Positions 1-8,437 of a stretch of DNA of 64,000 nucleotides are shown piece after piece. The notes under the pieces are model-generated. The model did no database searches, was not told where the DNA came from, and saw only the letters and a program-made list of their open reading frames with translations. This DNA is from Patescibacteria group bacterium (lineage in GTDB: Bacteria; Patescibacteriota; Patescibacteriia; Patescibacteriales; UBA12075), in assembly GCA_018897195.1 (NCBI GenBank), contig JAHILH010000005.1, forward strand, positions 745-64,744. The letters are read 5' to 3'. Each line of letters starts with the position of its first letter. Position 1 is the stretch's first letter. Position numbers and translations under genes: made by a program.

Positions 1-109
1 TAAAGCCGATACAGACAATCCCGGATATAACAAGAATTGCTAGGGTAATCATCGCCCATTTCACAACCTGCTCCGGGAGCGACATAATTTTAGACGTAGC
101 CGTAGTCAT
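1..109 (-). CDS. partial CDS (start only, continues left of window); small membrane protein
   Basis: ATG at 109-107 is preceded by AGGAGG (reverse complement of 112-120). Translation MTTATSKIMSLPEQVVKWAMITLAILVISGIVCIGF contains a hydrophobic helix. Too short for the ORF track. Confidence 0.4.
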   Translation of the reverse strand, partial: MTTATSKIMSLPEQVVKWAMITLAILVISGIVCIGF

Positions 110-119
110 GTTCTCCTCC

Positions 120-1031
120 TTAACTTCGCAAAGCTTTTATAAGCACCTGAAACATCTCAGAAAAGAAATCGATGCTCAAGATTGTCATAAGCAAACTACC
201 TTTTTTTCTGCTCGCATTACTTGCCTCATCGCCAGCCTTAAACGTTTCTTCGGTAACACTCTCCTTGAATCTTTTTACGTTCTCCATAAGGTCTGTAAGA
301 CCATTTGCCACTTCATCATGAAATGAAACAACAAATGATAACGGACAAAGCACCAACAGAAAAACAATAAACGCCTTCCACCAGAACCAGGTTCGATTAG
401 TGCTCTCGAGCCACTTAGAAAAATACGAAGGGGTTGTTATTTTTTTCTTTTCCTTAGCAGCGTCTTTCGCAACAATATTTGATTCTGCCAAAAACATATT
501 CAACTCATCATCAGTTGCAAAACAATCAAAATCAAGATGGTTGTTCAGCTTTTCCACATAAACATTCCAGTCTTCAAGCCCCTTTATTTTCTTGGACTCA
601 CACCTCTTTGATGCCGCCAAGATTGCCTTCATATCGGCAACTTGTTCATCACTTAAGTTTTTGCCACGCATCAATTTTTCATTAACTGCCTGTTGAAGAT
701 TATCATCGTAAACAGCCCGAATTTCATCGCGGACATATCGAGTTGACGTGGCGAAGATTGGCTCCCCCGCGCCAAAATACAAACCGCCGATAAACAACAA
801 GACAGTTGACAAAGCGACTGCGTAAAAAATATTATTGTTATTGTCAACGATCTCGTTTACAGCAACAAAAAATACCATTCGAAACCGTACATTAATAGTT
901 GCTAAAAAAAGAATCGAGCCAATGATTGTAAGCGCAGACACCAAAACAAAAAAAGTATGGTCTGCTGCAAATGCAATCAATAGCAAGCCAATGACAAAAA
1001 ATATCCCGTAAGTCTTAATTCCGGTATTCAT
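120..1031 (-). CDS. multi-pass membrane protein, unknown function
   Basis: ORF track gives 120..1106. I prefer the ATG at 1031 (MNTGIKTYG..): AAGGAG lies about 7 nt upstream and the start overlaps the upstream stop (ATGA). Several hydrophobic helices. Confidence 0.6.
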   Translation of the reverse strand: MNTGIKTYGIFFVIGLLLIAFAADHTFFVLVSALTIIGSILFLATINVRFRMVFFVAVNEIVDNNNNIFYAVALSTVLLFIGGLYFGAGEPIFATSTRYVRDEIRAVYDDNLQQAVNEKLMRGKNLSDEQVADMKAILAASKRCESKKIKGLEDWNVYVEKLNNHLDFDCFATDDELNMFLAESNIVAKDAAKEKKKITTPSYFSKWLESTNRTWFWWKAFIVFLLVLCPLSFVVSFHDEVANGLTDLMENVKRFKESVTEETFKAGDEASNASRKKGSLLMTILSIDFFSEMFQVLIKALRS

Positions 1032-1594
1032 TTCGAATATCTCCTTTTTGATTCTGCCAAGCTCCGGAAATTTGCCAACAAGCCCAAGCTGGGTAGTGGC
1101 CCCCATTCTCTTTTTGGACCATCCAAATAAATCGGATAATCTGTCGTGGTTCCAATAAGCTGAACAACAATCTTTCTTCTTTCTTCCTTAAATCCGTCAG
1201 GATTCAAGGGAATGGACAAAAAACCATTAGCGTCGGTCTTATCGAAATACGTCCGCCCCTTTACGAGAATAGTATTCCATTCTCGCTTCATCTCTTCTGA
1301 AATTCTAACGTCCATGCTTCGCAGTGGTCCATTGTAAACGATTATCTGGACATCAAGATCATATAAACCATCTCGACCAACTAACCGCTCCTCAATTTCA
1401 AACTTTTCAGGCTTCTTCGGCTCTGTTGGCTTTACCGCCACAGGCGTTTCTTTATCACCAGAACCATCAATAGCATCAGAAGCTTCTTTCTTTTTTTTCC
1501 CTTTGCCCTTATAATGCGCATTAAAACATTTTGAGCAATAAGGCTTGCCTTCATAAGCTTCCTTATTACAACCATCCTGTTCGCATGTAGTCAT
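1028..1594 (-). CDS. zinc-ribbon protein with lysine-rich linker and beta-rich C-terminal domain, unknown function
   Basis: N-terminus has C..C..CSKC cysteine pairs (MTTCEQDGCNKEAYEGKPYCSKCF). Translationally coupled to the downstream membrane protein. Confidence 0.55.
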   Translation of the reverse strand: MTTCEQDGCNKEAYEGKPYCSKCFNAHYKGKGKKKKEASDAIDGSGDKETPVAVKPTEPKKPEKFEIEERLVGRDGLYDLDVQIIVYNGPLRSMDVRISEEMKREWNTILVKGRTYFDKTDANGFLSIPLNPDGFKEERRKIVVQLIGTTTDYPIYLDGPKREWGPLPSLGLLANFRSLAESKRRYSK

Positions 1595-1785
1595 ATCCGT
1601 TCTCCTCGGTTATTTTTAGTATAAAATTGTCAAAGAGCTCACCATTGAACTCCTTTTTTTTAAATTAAAAAATTCTAGTCCAACAGATAAATATAGCACA
1701 TTTTGGCAAAAAAGTCAACACTAAATCGCCTAAATCAATAAAATGGCTAATATTAAAATAGAGCTAGCTATAAACTCAATATTCC

Positions 1786-1814
1786 TTGACACAATCAAAA
1801 TAATATGTAATTAT
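1786..1814 (+). promoter_or_regulatory. candidate sigma70 promoter for the helicase gene
   Basis: TTGACA at 1786-1791 with an AT-rich -10-like region (TGtAATTAT) 16-18 nt downstream. This would leave a leader of about 165 nt. Confidence 0.35.
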
Positions 1815-1979
1815 AACACTCATAACTTATTAAAATATATTTTTAGTATTATTAATACTTGGACTCGATTTTATTAATCTTTATAGAACTCACATAAAGA
1901 GTTTTGGGGCGATTCACATCGCAAAACAGAGATTTGATAAAATTGGAGGCGATTGCTTTCCTTTGGAGTTTAATTTCTT

Positions 1980-3869
1980 GTGATACCAAAACAATTTATG
2001 ACAACATTTAAAGACCTGGGGCTTAATAAAGCCATCCAGCAAAGTCTTGACGACTTAGGATTTACAACTCCTTCGCCTATTCAAGCTGAATCTATCCCTT
2101 TTTTACTTAGCTCAACTGAGGACTTGATTGCCTTAGCGCAAACCGGAACCGGTAAGACGGCCGCTTTTAGTATTCCAATCATTCAACAACTTGAGAATAA
2201 TTCCAAGGACTTACAAGCCATCATCTTGTGTCCGACACGTGAATTGGCTTTACAAATCTCGAAAGACATCGTCGCTTTCACTAAGCATTCCAAAGAAGTA
2301 ACTTCATTGGCAGTTTATGGTGGCGAGAGCATTACTAACCAAATCAGCACCTTAAGACGGGGCGTGAATATTGTCGTGGGTACTCCCGGACGTGTGCACG
2401 ATTTGATTCGTCGCAAGGCTTTGAAATTACAAGATATTCGTTGGGTAGTTTTGGACGAAGCAGATGAGATGTTAGACATGGGCTTCAAGGATGACCTTGA
2501 TGCGGTCTTGGCGGAAACACCAGAAACAAAACAAACTCTATTATTCTCCGCAACAATGTCGAGCAGCGTGCGTAGTATTGCTAGCAAATACATGAGTAAG
2601 CCTCATGAGATTAGCATGGGTGAAAAAAATATCGGTGCTGATAACGTTACTCATGAATACTACATCGTGCAAGCGCGCGATCGCTATGAAGCTTTACGTC
2701 GTTTAGTTGATTCCCTACCGGATATTTATGGTATTCTTTTTTGTCGAACCAGACGTGAGACACAGGAAGTAGCGGACAAGTTGAAAGAAAATCATTACAA
2801 CGCTGAACCACTTCATGGTGAGATTACGCAAAATATGCGTACCCAGATCATGGACAGATTTAGAAATAGAAAAATTCAATTACTAGTAGCCACTGACGTG
2901 GCTGCGCGTGGCATTGACGTTAGTGATTTAACTCATGTTATCAACTACAACCTGCCTGATGCCAACGAGACATACGTTCACCGCAGTGGCCGAACTGGTC
3001 GTGCCCAAAAGAGTGGCACCTCAATCACAATTTTGCACCCAAAAGAAAGAAGTCGGATTATGGATATTCAAAGAAAAGTTGGTAAACCGTTTACGCAAAA
3101 ACAAGTGCCCCAAGGTGAAGATATTTGCAAGAGCCAATTATTAGGTTTTGTTGATAAAATCAAAGACGCGGATGTAAATAAAGAACAGATTGCACAATAC
3201 CTACCAGCGGTAAACGAAAAATTAGACGGACTAAGTCGTGAAGACTTGATTAATCATTTCATCTCATACGAATTAAGTCACTTTTTAAAAGACTACGAAG
3301 AGTCACGTGATTTGAATACTAACGCAACTAGCGGACCAGCCAAGGAAAGAATGGCCAGCGAAAACGTCGCTAGCTTCAAAATCAATTTGGGCAACCGTGA
3401 TGGTTTTGATATCAAAGGTTTGTTTGGCTTAATCAATAGCAAGCGCGAATTAAAAGGTTCTGAGATCGGCCGTGTCGATGTCCTACCTGGTCATTCCGTT
3501 TTTGGTATTGATAAAAAATTCCAAGATGCGGTCTTGCAAGCCTTGAACGGCTCAAGCTACCGTGGCAAAACTCTTGAAGTTACTCAAACAACTCAATCCA
3601 ACGAACCACGCCGAAAATCTTTTGGCGGTTCTAGAGGTAGCAGCTTTGGCGGATCACGTGGTGGTCGCAGTGAAGGCGGTCGTGGCGGCTTTAAGGGACG
3701 TAATGAAGGCAGAAGTGAAGGTGGAAGTGGTAGAAGTTTTGGCGGACGCAGTGAAGGTGGACGTGAAGGTGGCTACAAAAAACCCTTCGGTGGTGCTGCT
3801 AAAAAAGGAAAATCAGATGGTTCTGATGTTTTCAAATTTGGCTACACTAAGAAAACTAGAGTTAGTTAA
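1980..3869 (+). CDS. deaD: DEAD-box ATP-dependent RNA helicase (DeaD/CsdA-like) with RGG-rich C-terminal tail
   Basis: Q motif GFTTPSPIQ, AQTGTGKT, PTRELA, DEAD, SAT, HRSGRTGR. C-terminal GGSRG/GRSEGG repeats. Start is uncertain: GTG at 1980 or ATG at 1998. Confidence 0.9.
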   Translation: MIPKQFMTTFKDLGLNKAIQQSLDDLGFTTPSPIQAESIPFLLSSTEDLIALAQTGTGKTAAFSIPIIQQLENNSKDLQAIILCPTRELALQISKDIVAFTKHSKEVTSLAVYGGESITNQISTLRRGVNIVVGTPGRVHDLIRRKALKLQDIRWVVLDEADEMLDMGFKDDLDAVLAETPETKQTLLFSATMSSSVRSIASKYMSKPHEISMGEKNIGADNVTHEYYIVQARDRYEALRRLVDSLPDIYGILFCRTRRETQEVADKLKENHYNAEPLHGEITQNMRTQIMDRFRNRKIQLLVATDVAARGIDVSDLTHVINYNLPDANETYVHRSGRTGRAQKSGTSITILHPKERSRIMDIQRKVGKPFTQKQVPQGEDICKSQLLGFVDKIKDADVNKEQIAQYLPAVNEKLDGLSREDLINHFISYELSHFLKDYEESRDLNTNATSGPAKERMASENVASFKINLGNRDGFDIKGLFGLINSKRELKGSEIGRVDVLPGHSVFGIDKKFQDAVLQALNGSSYRGKTLEVTQTTQSNEPRRKSFGGSRGSSFGGSRGGRSEGGRGGFKGRNEGRSEGGSGRSFGGRSEGGREGGYKKPFGGAAKKGKSDGSDVFKFGYTKKTRVS

Positions 3870-3890
3870 ACAAAACAAATTTAGATATAA

Positions 3891-3922
3891 AAAAAGCTGT
3901 TCTCATTCGAGAACAGCTTTTT
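3891..3922. terminator. bidirectional intrinsic terminator
   Basis: AAAAAGCTGTTCTC / ATTC / GAGAACAGCTTTTT perfect hairpin between convergent genes. Confidence 0.8.
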
Positions 3923-3936
3923 GAATTTATAAAATC

Positions 3937-4158
3937 TTATTTTGCCTTTACGCCCAATTTAGTTAAGATAATAGACATCGGACAATAGCCAGTTAGGGCA
4001 AATAAAACCATCACCGAGCCGACAAAAACCGTTAAATAGAAAAAACTAGACGACACCTGAATTCCTAAAAAAACACTGATAGGCACCAACAAGCCAGCGA
4101 TTAAAAATAATAATCTCTCAAGATACCAATGATCTATTGGTTGTCTGTAAATAGCCAT
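3937..4158 (-). CDS. small two-helix membrane protein, DUF2892 (YgaP C-terminal)-like
   Basis: 73 aa with two hydrophobic helices and a GYCPMSIILTKLG motif typical of DUF2892. Confidence 0.55.
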   Translation of the reverse strand: MAIYRQPIDHWYLERLLFLIAGLLVPISVFLGIQVSSSFFYLTVFVGSVMVLFALTGYCPMSIILTKLGVKAK

Positions 4159-4338
4159 AATTTTATATAATAATTAATTATAAATACATTATACCGCAAG
4201 TAAAGAAAAAAAGCTATCCGAGATGGATAACTTTTTGATTATTTTTTTCATTAACTTGTCCGCATAGGCTGCTAATTTCTTTCAGGATGCCAAATATGCT
4301 ATAATGAACATAGATTCTAATAATTAAAATTTAAATTT

Positions 4339-4782
4339 ATGAAAAAAATTATTCAAGTATTATTGATAATTATTTTAGTTACTTTTTTAATTCTAACCGC
4401 TATCGCAATTTTTAACCCCCTTAATCTTCGCACCAAGTTTATTGGCAGCATTATCAATAGCTATTTGAGTAGTAATATTAAAAATTATTCACCAACTACC
4501 GATAGTCAAAATATTGCCACAAGCTCCACCTCCACCTCCACCTCCACCGAAAGCAGTATCACGGGAACAAGTGCGGATAAACATCCTCTTCTAAATGAGA
4601 ACCAAGAAAAAACCCTTGAGAGTTTTGGCGTTAATGTTTCGCAATTACCGACTAGCATAACAGCTGGCATGCAAACCTGTTTTATTGAAAAACTTGGAAC
4701 AACAAGAGCTTATGAAATAATGAAAGGTGACACACCTAGTGTCGTTGATTTTTTTAAGGCTAAGGATTGTATTGGAAAATAA
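4339..4782 (+). CDS. N-terminally anchored or secreted protein with Ser/Thr-rich linker
   Basis: Signal-anchor helix (IIQVLLIIILVTFLILTAIAIF) and an STSTSTST linker encoded by a hexamer repeat. Confidence 0.6.
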   Translation: MKKIIQVLLIIILVTFLILTAIAIFNPLNLRTKFIGSIINSYLSSNIKNYSPTTDSQNIATSSTSTSTSTESSITGTSADKHPLLNENQEKTLESFGVNVSQLPTSITAGMQTCFIEKLGTTRAYEIMKGDTPSVVDFFKAKDCIGK

Positions 4783-4838
4783 AATACATATTAATCATAA
4801 ATTATCTTGAATAAATACAGTATTTTTTCAAATAAAAA

Positions 4839-4866
4839 AGAGCCGTTCTTTAAAAAGAACGGCTCT
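4839..4866. terminator. bidirectional intrinsic terminator
   Basis: 12-bp stem AGAGCCGTTCTT/AAGAACGGCTCT with a 4-nt loop. Flanked by an A-run and a T-rich tract, between convergent genes. Confidence 0.75.
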
Positions 4867-4880
4867 GTGTTGTTTTAGTC

Positions 4881-5234
4881 TTACTTTTTCTCTGATTCCC
4901 AGTAGCCTTGATTCGGCCCGATGGTTGAGATAGATGATGCAACATTCGCACCTGGGTAAAGTTTTTTTATACACTTACCAACTCTCCTGGCAAGACGCTG
5001 TCTGACCATTTCATTTCTACCAGGCTTTTCAAGCAAGCCTACAATTTCAACGATAATCTCTTCTCCCAAGCCATAGGCCATAAGATCGGGAACAAACAAA
5101 CAGGTCATATCATTTTCATCCTTAAGACCAAGCTCTGAAATTGATACCACTGCCTTAACAATTGCCCTATGAAGACGATTCAATGCTTTTTCACTCTGAC
5201 TGGGCGGAAGACACCATACTCTTATTACCGGCAT
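4881..5234 (-). CDS. small cytoplasmic protein, possibly tautomerase-superfamily (DUF1904-like)
   Basis: 117 aa starting MPVIRV.. (Pro after the initiator Met, with a beta-alpha pattern like 4-OT/DUF1904). The family call is weak. Confidence 0.45.
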   Translation of the reverse strand: MPVIRVWCLPPSQSEKALNRLHRAIVKAVVSISELGLKDENDMTCLFVPDLMAYGLGEEIIVEIVGLLEKPGRNEMVRQRLARRVGKCIKKLYPGANVASSISTIGPNQGYWESEKK

Positions 5235-5359
5235 AAAAAACCTCCTTAAAATGAATTGTTAATCAAGCTGACATTTATAAATTATAATGAGCAATAAATT
5301 ATAATAACATTAAACATAAATAATGTCAACATACAACAAAGCCATGGATATATAAAAAA

Positions 5360-5382
5360 ATAACGCTATTAATTAGCGTTAT
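5360..5382. terminator. hairpin terminator downstream of tRNA-Gln
   Basis: ATAACGCTA / TTAAT / TAGCGTTAT flanked by A7 and T4. Confidence 0.6.
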
Positions 5383-5391
5383 TTTCTCGTG

Positions 5392-5462
5392 CTCGGGAAC
5401 AGGGATTCGAACCCCAATTAACTGGACCAGAACCAGTCGTCCTACCATTAGACGATTCCCGA
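5392..5462 (-). tRNA. tRNA-Gln (anticodon CUG)
   Basis: Manual cloverleaf: acceptor TCGGGAA/TTCCCGA, anticodon arm ACTGG-TTCTGGT-CCAGT, T loop TTCGAAT. CCA is not encoded. Confidence 0.85.
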
Positions 5463-5483
5463 ATGATACTTATATTTTCTATT

Positions 5484-5525
5484 CTCTCCCTCACCCCGAC
5501 CCTCTCCCGGCGGGGCGAGGGAGAA
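5484..5525 (+). repeat. GC-rich hairpin repeat, module A (REP-like)
   Basis: ctccctcaccccgaccctctcccggcggggcgagggag. Related copies at 8391, 37660 and 43023 (inverted). Lies just 3' of the dnaX stop. Confidence 0.8.
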
Positions 5526-5553
5526 TTAATTTCACTCGTTTGTTTTTAACAAA

Positions 5554-7218
5554 CTATCCAACTACTTTCCCACCAAATGTCTTCAACAGACTATCCAACA
5601 TATCGCCACCACCATTGCCACCTTCAACTTTCTCCACTGTCTCGGTGACTTGATTCTCGCGAATAATTTGCTCAGCTACTTCATCGGTCGGATCATTGTC
5701 AAAGCTAACCTCATGTGTTTCACTGATGTTTAGGGCTTCATTGACTATGGACTCGATTACTATCGTAGAACCAAAAATTTGTTTTAGGGCATCACTAACT
5801 ACTGCCTTCACCGCCGGTTCTTCAATACGATCACGGTGGAATTTGAACTTAAAAAATAATTTCAAAACTCCATTCTCAACAGCACCGGGAACACAAGCAC
5901 GTAAGACAAAACTCAAAGAGTGATTGTTTTTTTGCACCACCGCTAAAACATCATTCCATTTGGACATCATTTGTTGACTGCTAAAATTAACATTATCGCC
6001 CTGAGCATTAACCACTTGTACTGAATTTGGTTTCCGGGTTGGCTCTTGCCCCGTTTTTAAACCACTACCTGTGCCACTATTATCCGTAAAAACCGGGGCT
6101 GACATAGTTGGCGTTGAACATAATTCAATAATCGCCACCTCCACTGGTAATTGGATTATAAAACTTTCCTTAATTTCATTGCCAGCTTTAGTGAATTTTT
6201 CGATTGCGTTGATAACGCGACCAACCTCAATTTCCTTCAAAATTTTACTAATTTTCACTTCCACACCTTCGCCTAGCTCCAAACCAAATTTCTCAGACAA
6301 TTTCAAATTAATTTTACCCAACATTATCTTACGCAACAACTCAATCAAGTCTTTTAAAAATCTTTTTAAATCTACACCTTCGTCCATCACTTTATTCACC
6401 AAGGCAATCGCTGAGGCGGCATCTTTCTTGACCAATAGTTCAATCAAAGCAATCGCTTCGCCAATGTCACTACGAGGAATAACTAGGTTTGCGTCTTCTT
6501 GGGAAATACGACGCTTGCCATCTTTTATGTTTTCAGCAATAGCGATGATTTGTCCAAAAACACTTTCCGCATCACGCATATGTCCTTCTGACTGACGAGC
6601 AATATCTTCAAGAACCAAGTTATCGATTTCGATCTTTTCACTATTGGCAATATATTGCAATTTCTTTACCACATCAGTAATGTTAATGCGCTTAAAATCA
6701 AAACGCTGGCAACGAGAGATAATGGTCGCCGGAATCTTGTGCACTTCAGTTGTTGCTAAGATAAAGATAACATTCTTGGGTGGTTCTTCAATAACTTTCA
6801 AAAGGGCGTTAAAAGCCGAAATGGACAGCATGTGAACCTCGTCGATGATAAAGACTTTAAATTTTGCGCCCGAAGTAGAGATTTTTGAGACCGCGATGAT
6901 GTTCTCGCGAACATTGTCAACGCCAGTGTGACTCGCTGCATCAATCTCAATTACATCCACGCTCTTGCCAAGAGTAATTGCCTCACAGCTATCGCAGGTA
7001 TTACAAGGCTCACTTTCGCCCTCCTTGCGATTGACACAGTTAATTGCCTTAGCAAAGACACGCGCAATTGTAGTCTTACCAATACCGCGTGGACCACAAA
7101 AAAGATAAGCATGGGCAATCTTGTCCTGCTCAATTTCATATTTTAAAGTAGTTTTGATGTGATTTTGACCGACTAATTCATCAAAATTCTGCGGTCGGTA
7201 TTCTCTGTATATTGTCAT
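5554..7218 (-). CDS. dnaX: DNA polymerase III subunit gamma/tau
   Basis: GPRGIGKTT Walker A, Zn module CNTCDSCEAI, DEVHML, SRCQRF. Confidence 0.92.
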   Translation of the reverse strand: MTIYREYRPQNFDELVGQNHIKTTLKYEIEQDKIAHAYLFCGPRGIGKTTIARVFAKAINCVNRKEGESEPCNTCDSCEAITLGKSVDVIEIDAASHTGVDNVRENIIAVSKISTSGAKFKVFIIDEVHMLSISAFNALLKVIEEPPKNVIFILATTEVHKIPATIISRCQRFDFKRINITDVVKKLQYIANSEKIEIDNLVLEDIARQSEGHMRDAESVFGQIIAIAENIKDGKRRISQEDANLVIPRSDIGEAIALIELLVKKDAASAIALVNKVMDEGVDLKRFLKDLIELLRKIMLGKINLKLSEKFGLELGEGVEVKISKILKEIEVGRVINAIEKFTKAGNEIKESFIIQLPVEVAIIELCSTPTMSAPVFTDNSGTGSGLKTGQEPTRKPNSVQVVNAQGDNVNFSSQQMMSKWNDVLAVVQKNNHSLSFVLRACVPGAVENGVLKLFFKFKFHRDRIEEPAVKAVVSDALKQIFGSTIVIESIVNEALNISETHEVSFDNDPTDEVAEQIIRENQVTETVEKVEGGNGGGDMLDSLLKTFGGKVVG

Positions 7219-7230
7219 ATAATTTAATAA

Positions 7231-7403
7231 CCGTCATCCCCGCGAAGGCGGGGATCCAGGCGCCACAGATAGTGGATACATTATTATAGAGACTAATCTA
7301 AATATAAATATTGATAATAAATAATGCTTTGTAAATTTTAATCCTCCATATACCAAAAATAATCTATGAGGTACCTGGATCCCCGCCTTCGCGGGGATGA
7401 CGG
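7231..7403. mobile_element. MITE-like element: 30-bp perfect terminal inverted repeats around a 113-bp AT-rich core
   Basis: 7231-7260 (ccgtcatccccgcgaaggcggggatccagg) is the exact reverse complement of 7374-7403. Each arm also contains its own hairpin (ATCCCCGC gaag GCGGGGAT). Confidence 0.6.
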
Positions 7404-7484
7404 GTGAAAAAAAATTGCTACATATTTAAATTGCCTAATAATTCTAATAACACAATTTAAAAATGTAGCAATTTAATAAAGATT

Positions 7485-8141
7485 TTAATTTCGCACAATA
7501 TTATCAACGGCTGCCCATTTACTATCACCCGTCTTTGGCACCAAGACTACCACTTCATCGCCAACAGTACCACGGAAATATGTCACACTAGCAGTTAAAA
7601 CTTTCAATTTAAGACCATCGGCGTTCACAATAAATGAGCCACCGCCACCTTGCTCCAAAGTACCAACCACGCGCTTGCGATCAATCGGACCGATTTGTTT
7701 GTAAACAAAAGTTCCGGTTGGTGTAATAGTTAATTTCAGAATATCACCTTCAACTAATTTTGACTTAGACGCATAATTTGCGGGAATACTGTATTGCTTA
7801 CCGTCTGGGCCAATCATATTTTCACCATCAAAGACACCTTCAACAATTTTTCCTTCACCGTCATGTTCATCCTCGCCACCCTTATTAAAGCTGTCGTCAT
7901 GAATCTGGCTGATTGCAATTTTGTCCAAATCGCCAATACCAGCAACACCGGAAATCAAATTTATCAATCTCTCGTTATTCTCTCTAGCATTTTCCAATAA
8001 TTTTTTAATCAAAACAAATTTTGACTTACTCAAAACAACCACATCCTTATCACTTTTAACATCATCGGAGTTATCACCTTCTTCAAGCTCCAAGTCGTCA
8101 ACATTGAATTCATCATCCATGTTCATGTTTGTTTCTGCCAT
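7485..8141 (-). CDS. hypothetical protein with acidic N-terminus and beta-rich C-terminal domain; last gene of the envelope operon
   Basis: 218-aa ORF with no recognisable motif. Same strand and tight spacing with the upstream genes. Confidence 0.55.
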   Translation of the reverse strand: MAETNMNMDDEFNVDDLELEEGDNSDDVKSDKDVVVLSKSKFVLIKKLLENARENNERLINLISGVAGIGDLDKIAISQIHDDSFNKGGEDEHDGEGKIVEGVFDGENMIGPDGKQYSIPANYASKSKLVEGDILKLTITPTGTFVYKQIGPIDRKRVVGTLEQGGGGSFIVNADGLKLKVLTASVTYFRGTVGDEVVVLVPKTGDSKWAAVDNIVRN

Positions 8142-8390
8142 ATATTTGTGTTTTTGCCCAGCTAATTAAACCCTCCCTTTTTATTTAATAAAACTAGGTA
8201 AATTAACTAATTTTAGTTATTTTGTGGTCACCTGGAATTTAAATATTCCTGACCATACAAAAAACTTATAGTTTTTTTATATTTATTATCTAAGATAATT
8301 TATTTTATTATCTCTAATATATACCATTTATCCAGGTTTGGCAAGAGCAAATAGCAAGGGTTTTTATGTAGTAGTATTCTCATTTCGTTA

Positions 8391-8434
8391 GACTTCCCCT
8401 CACCCCAACCCTCTCCCGCCGGGGCGAGGGAGTC
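8391..8434 (+). repeat. GC-rich hairpin repeat, module A (REP-like)
   Basis: gacttcccctcaccccaaccctctcccgccggggcgagggagtc, immediately 3' of the ATPase gene stop at 8438. Confidence 0.8.
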
Positions 8435-8437
8435 TTA

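Noticed and set aside
3562-3924. 120-aa ORF in an alternate frame over the helicase C-terminal tail.
   Set aside because: It is an artefact of the GGN/CGN repeat DNA encoding the RGG tail. It runs through the terminator.
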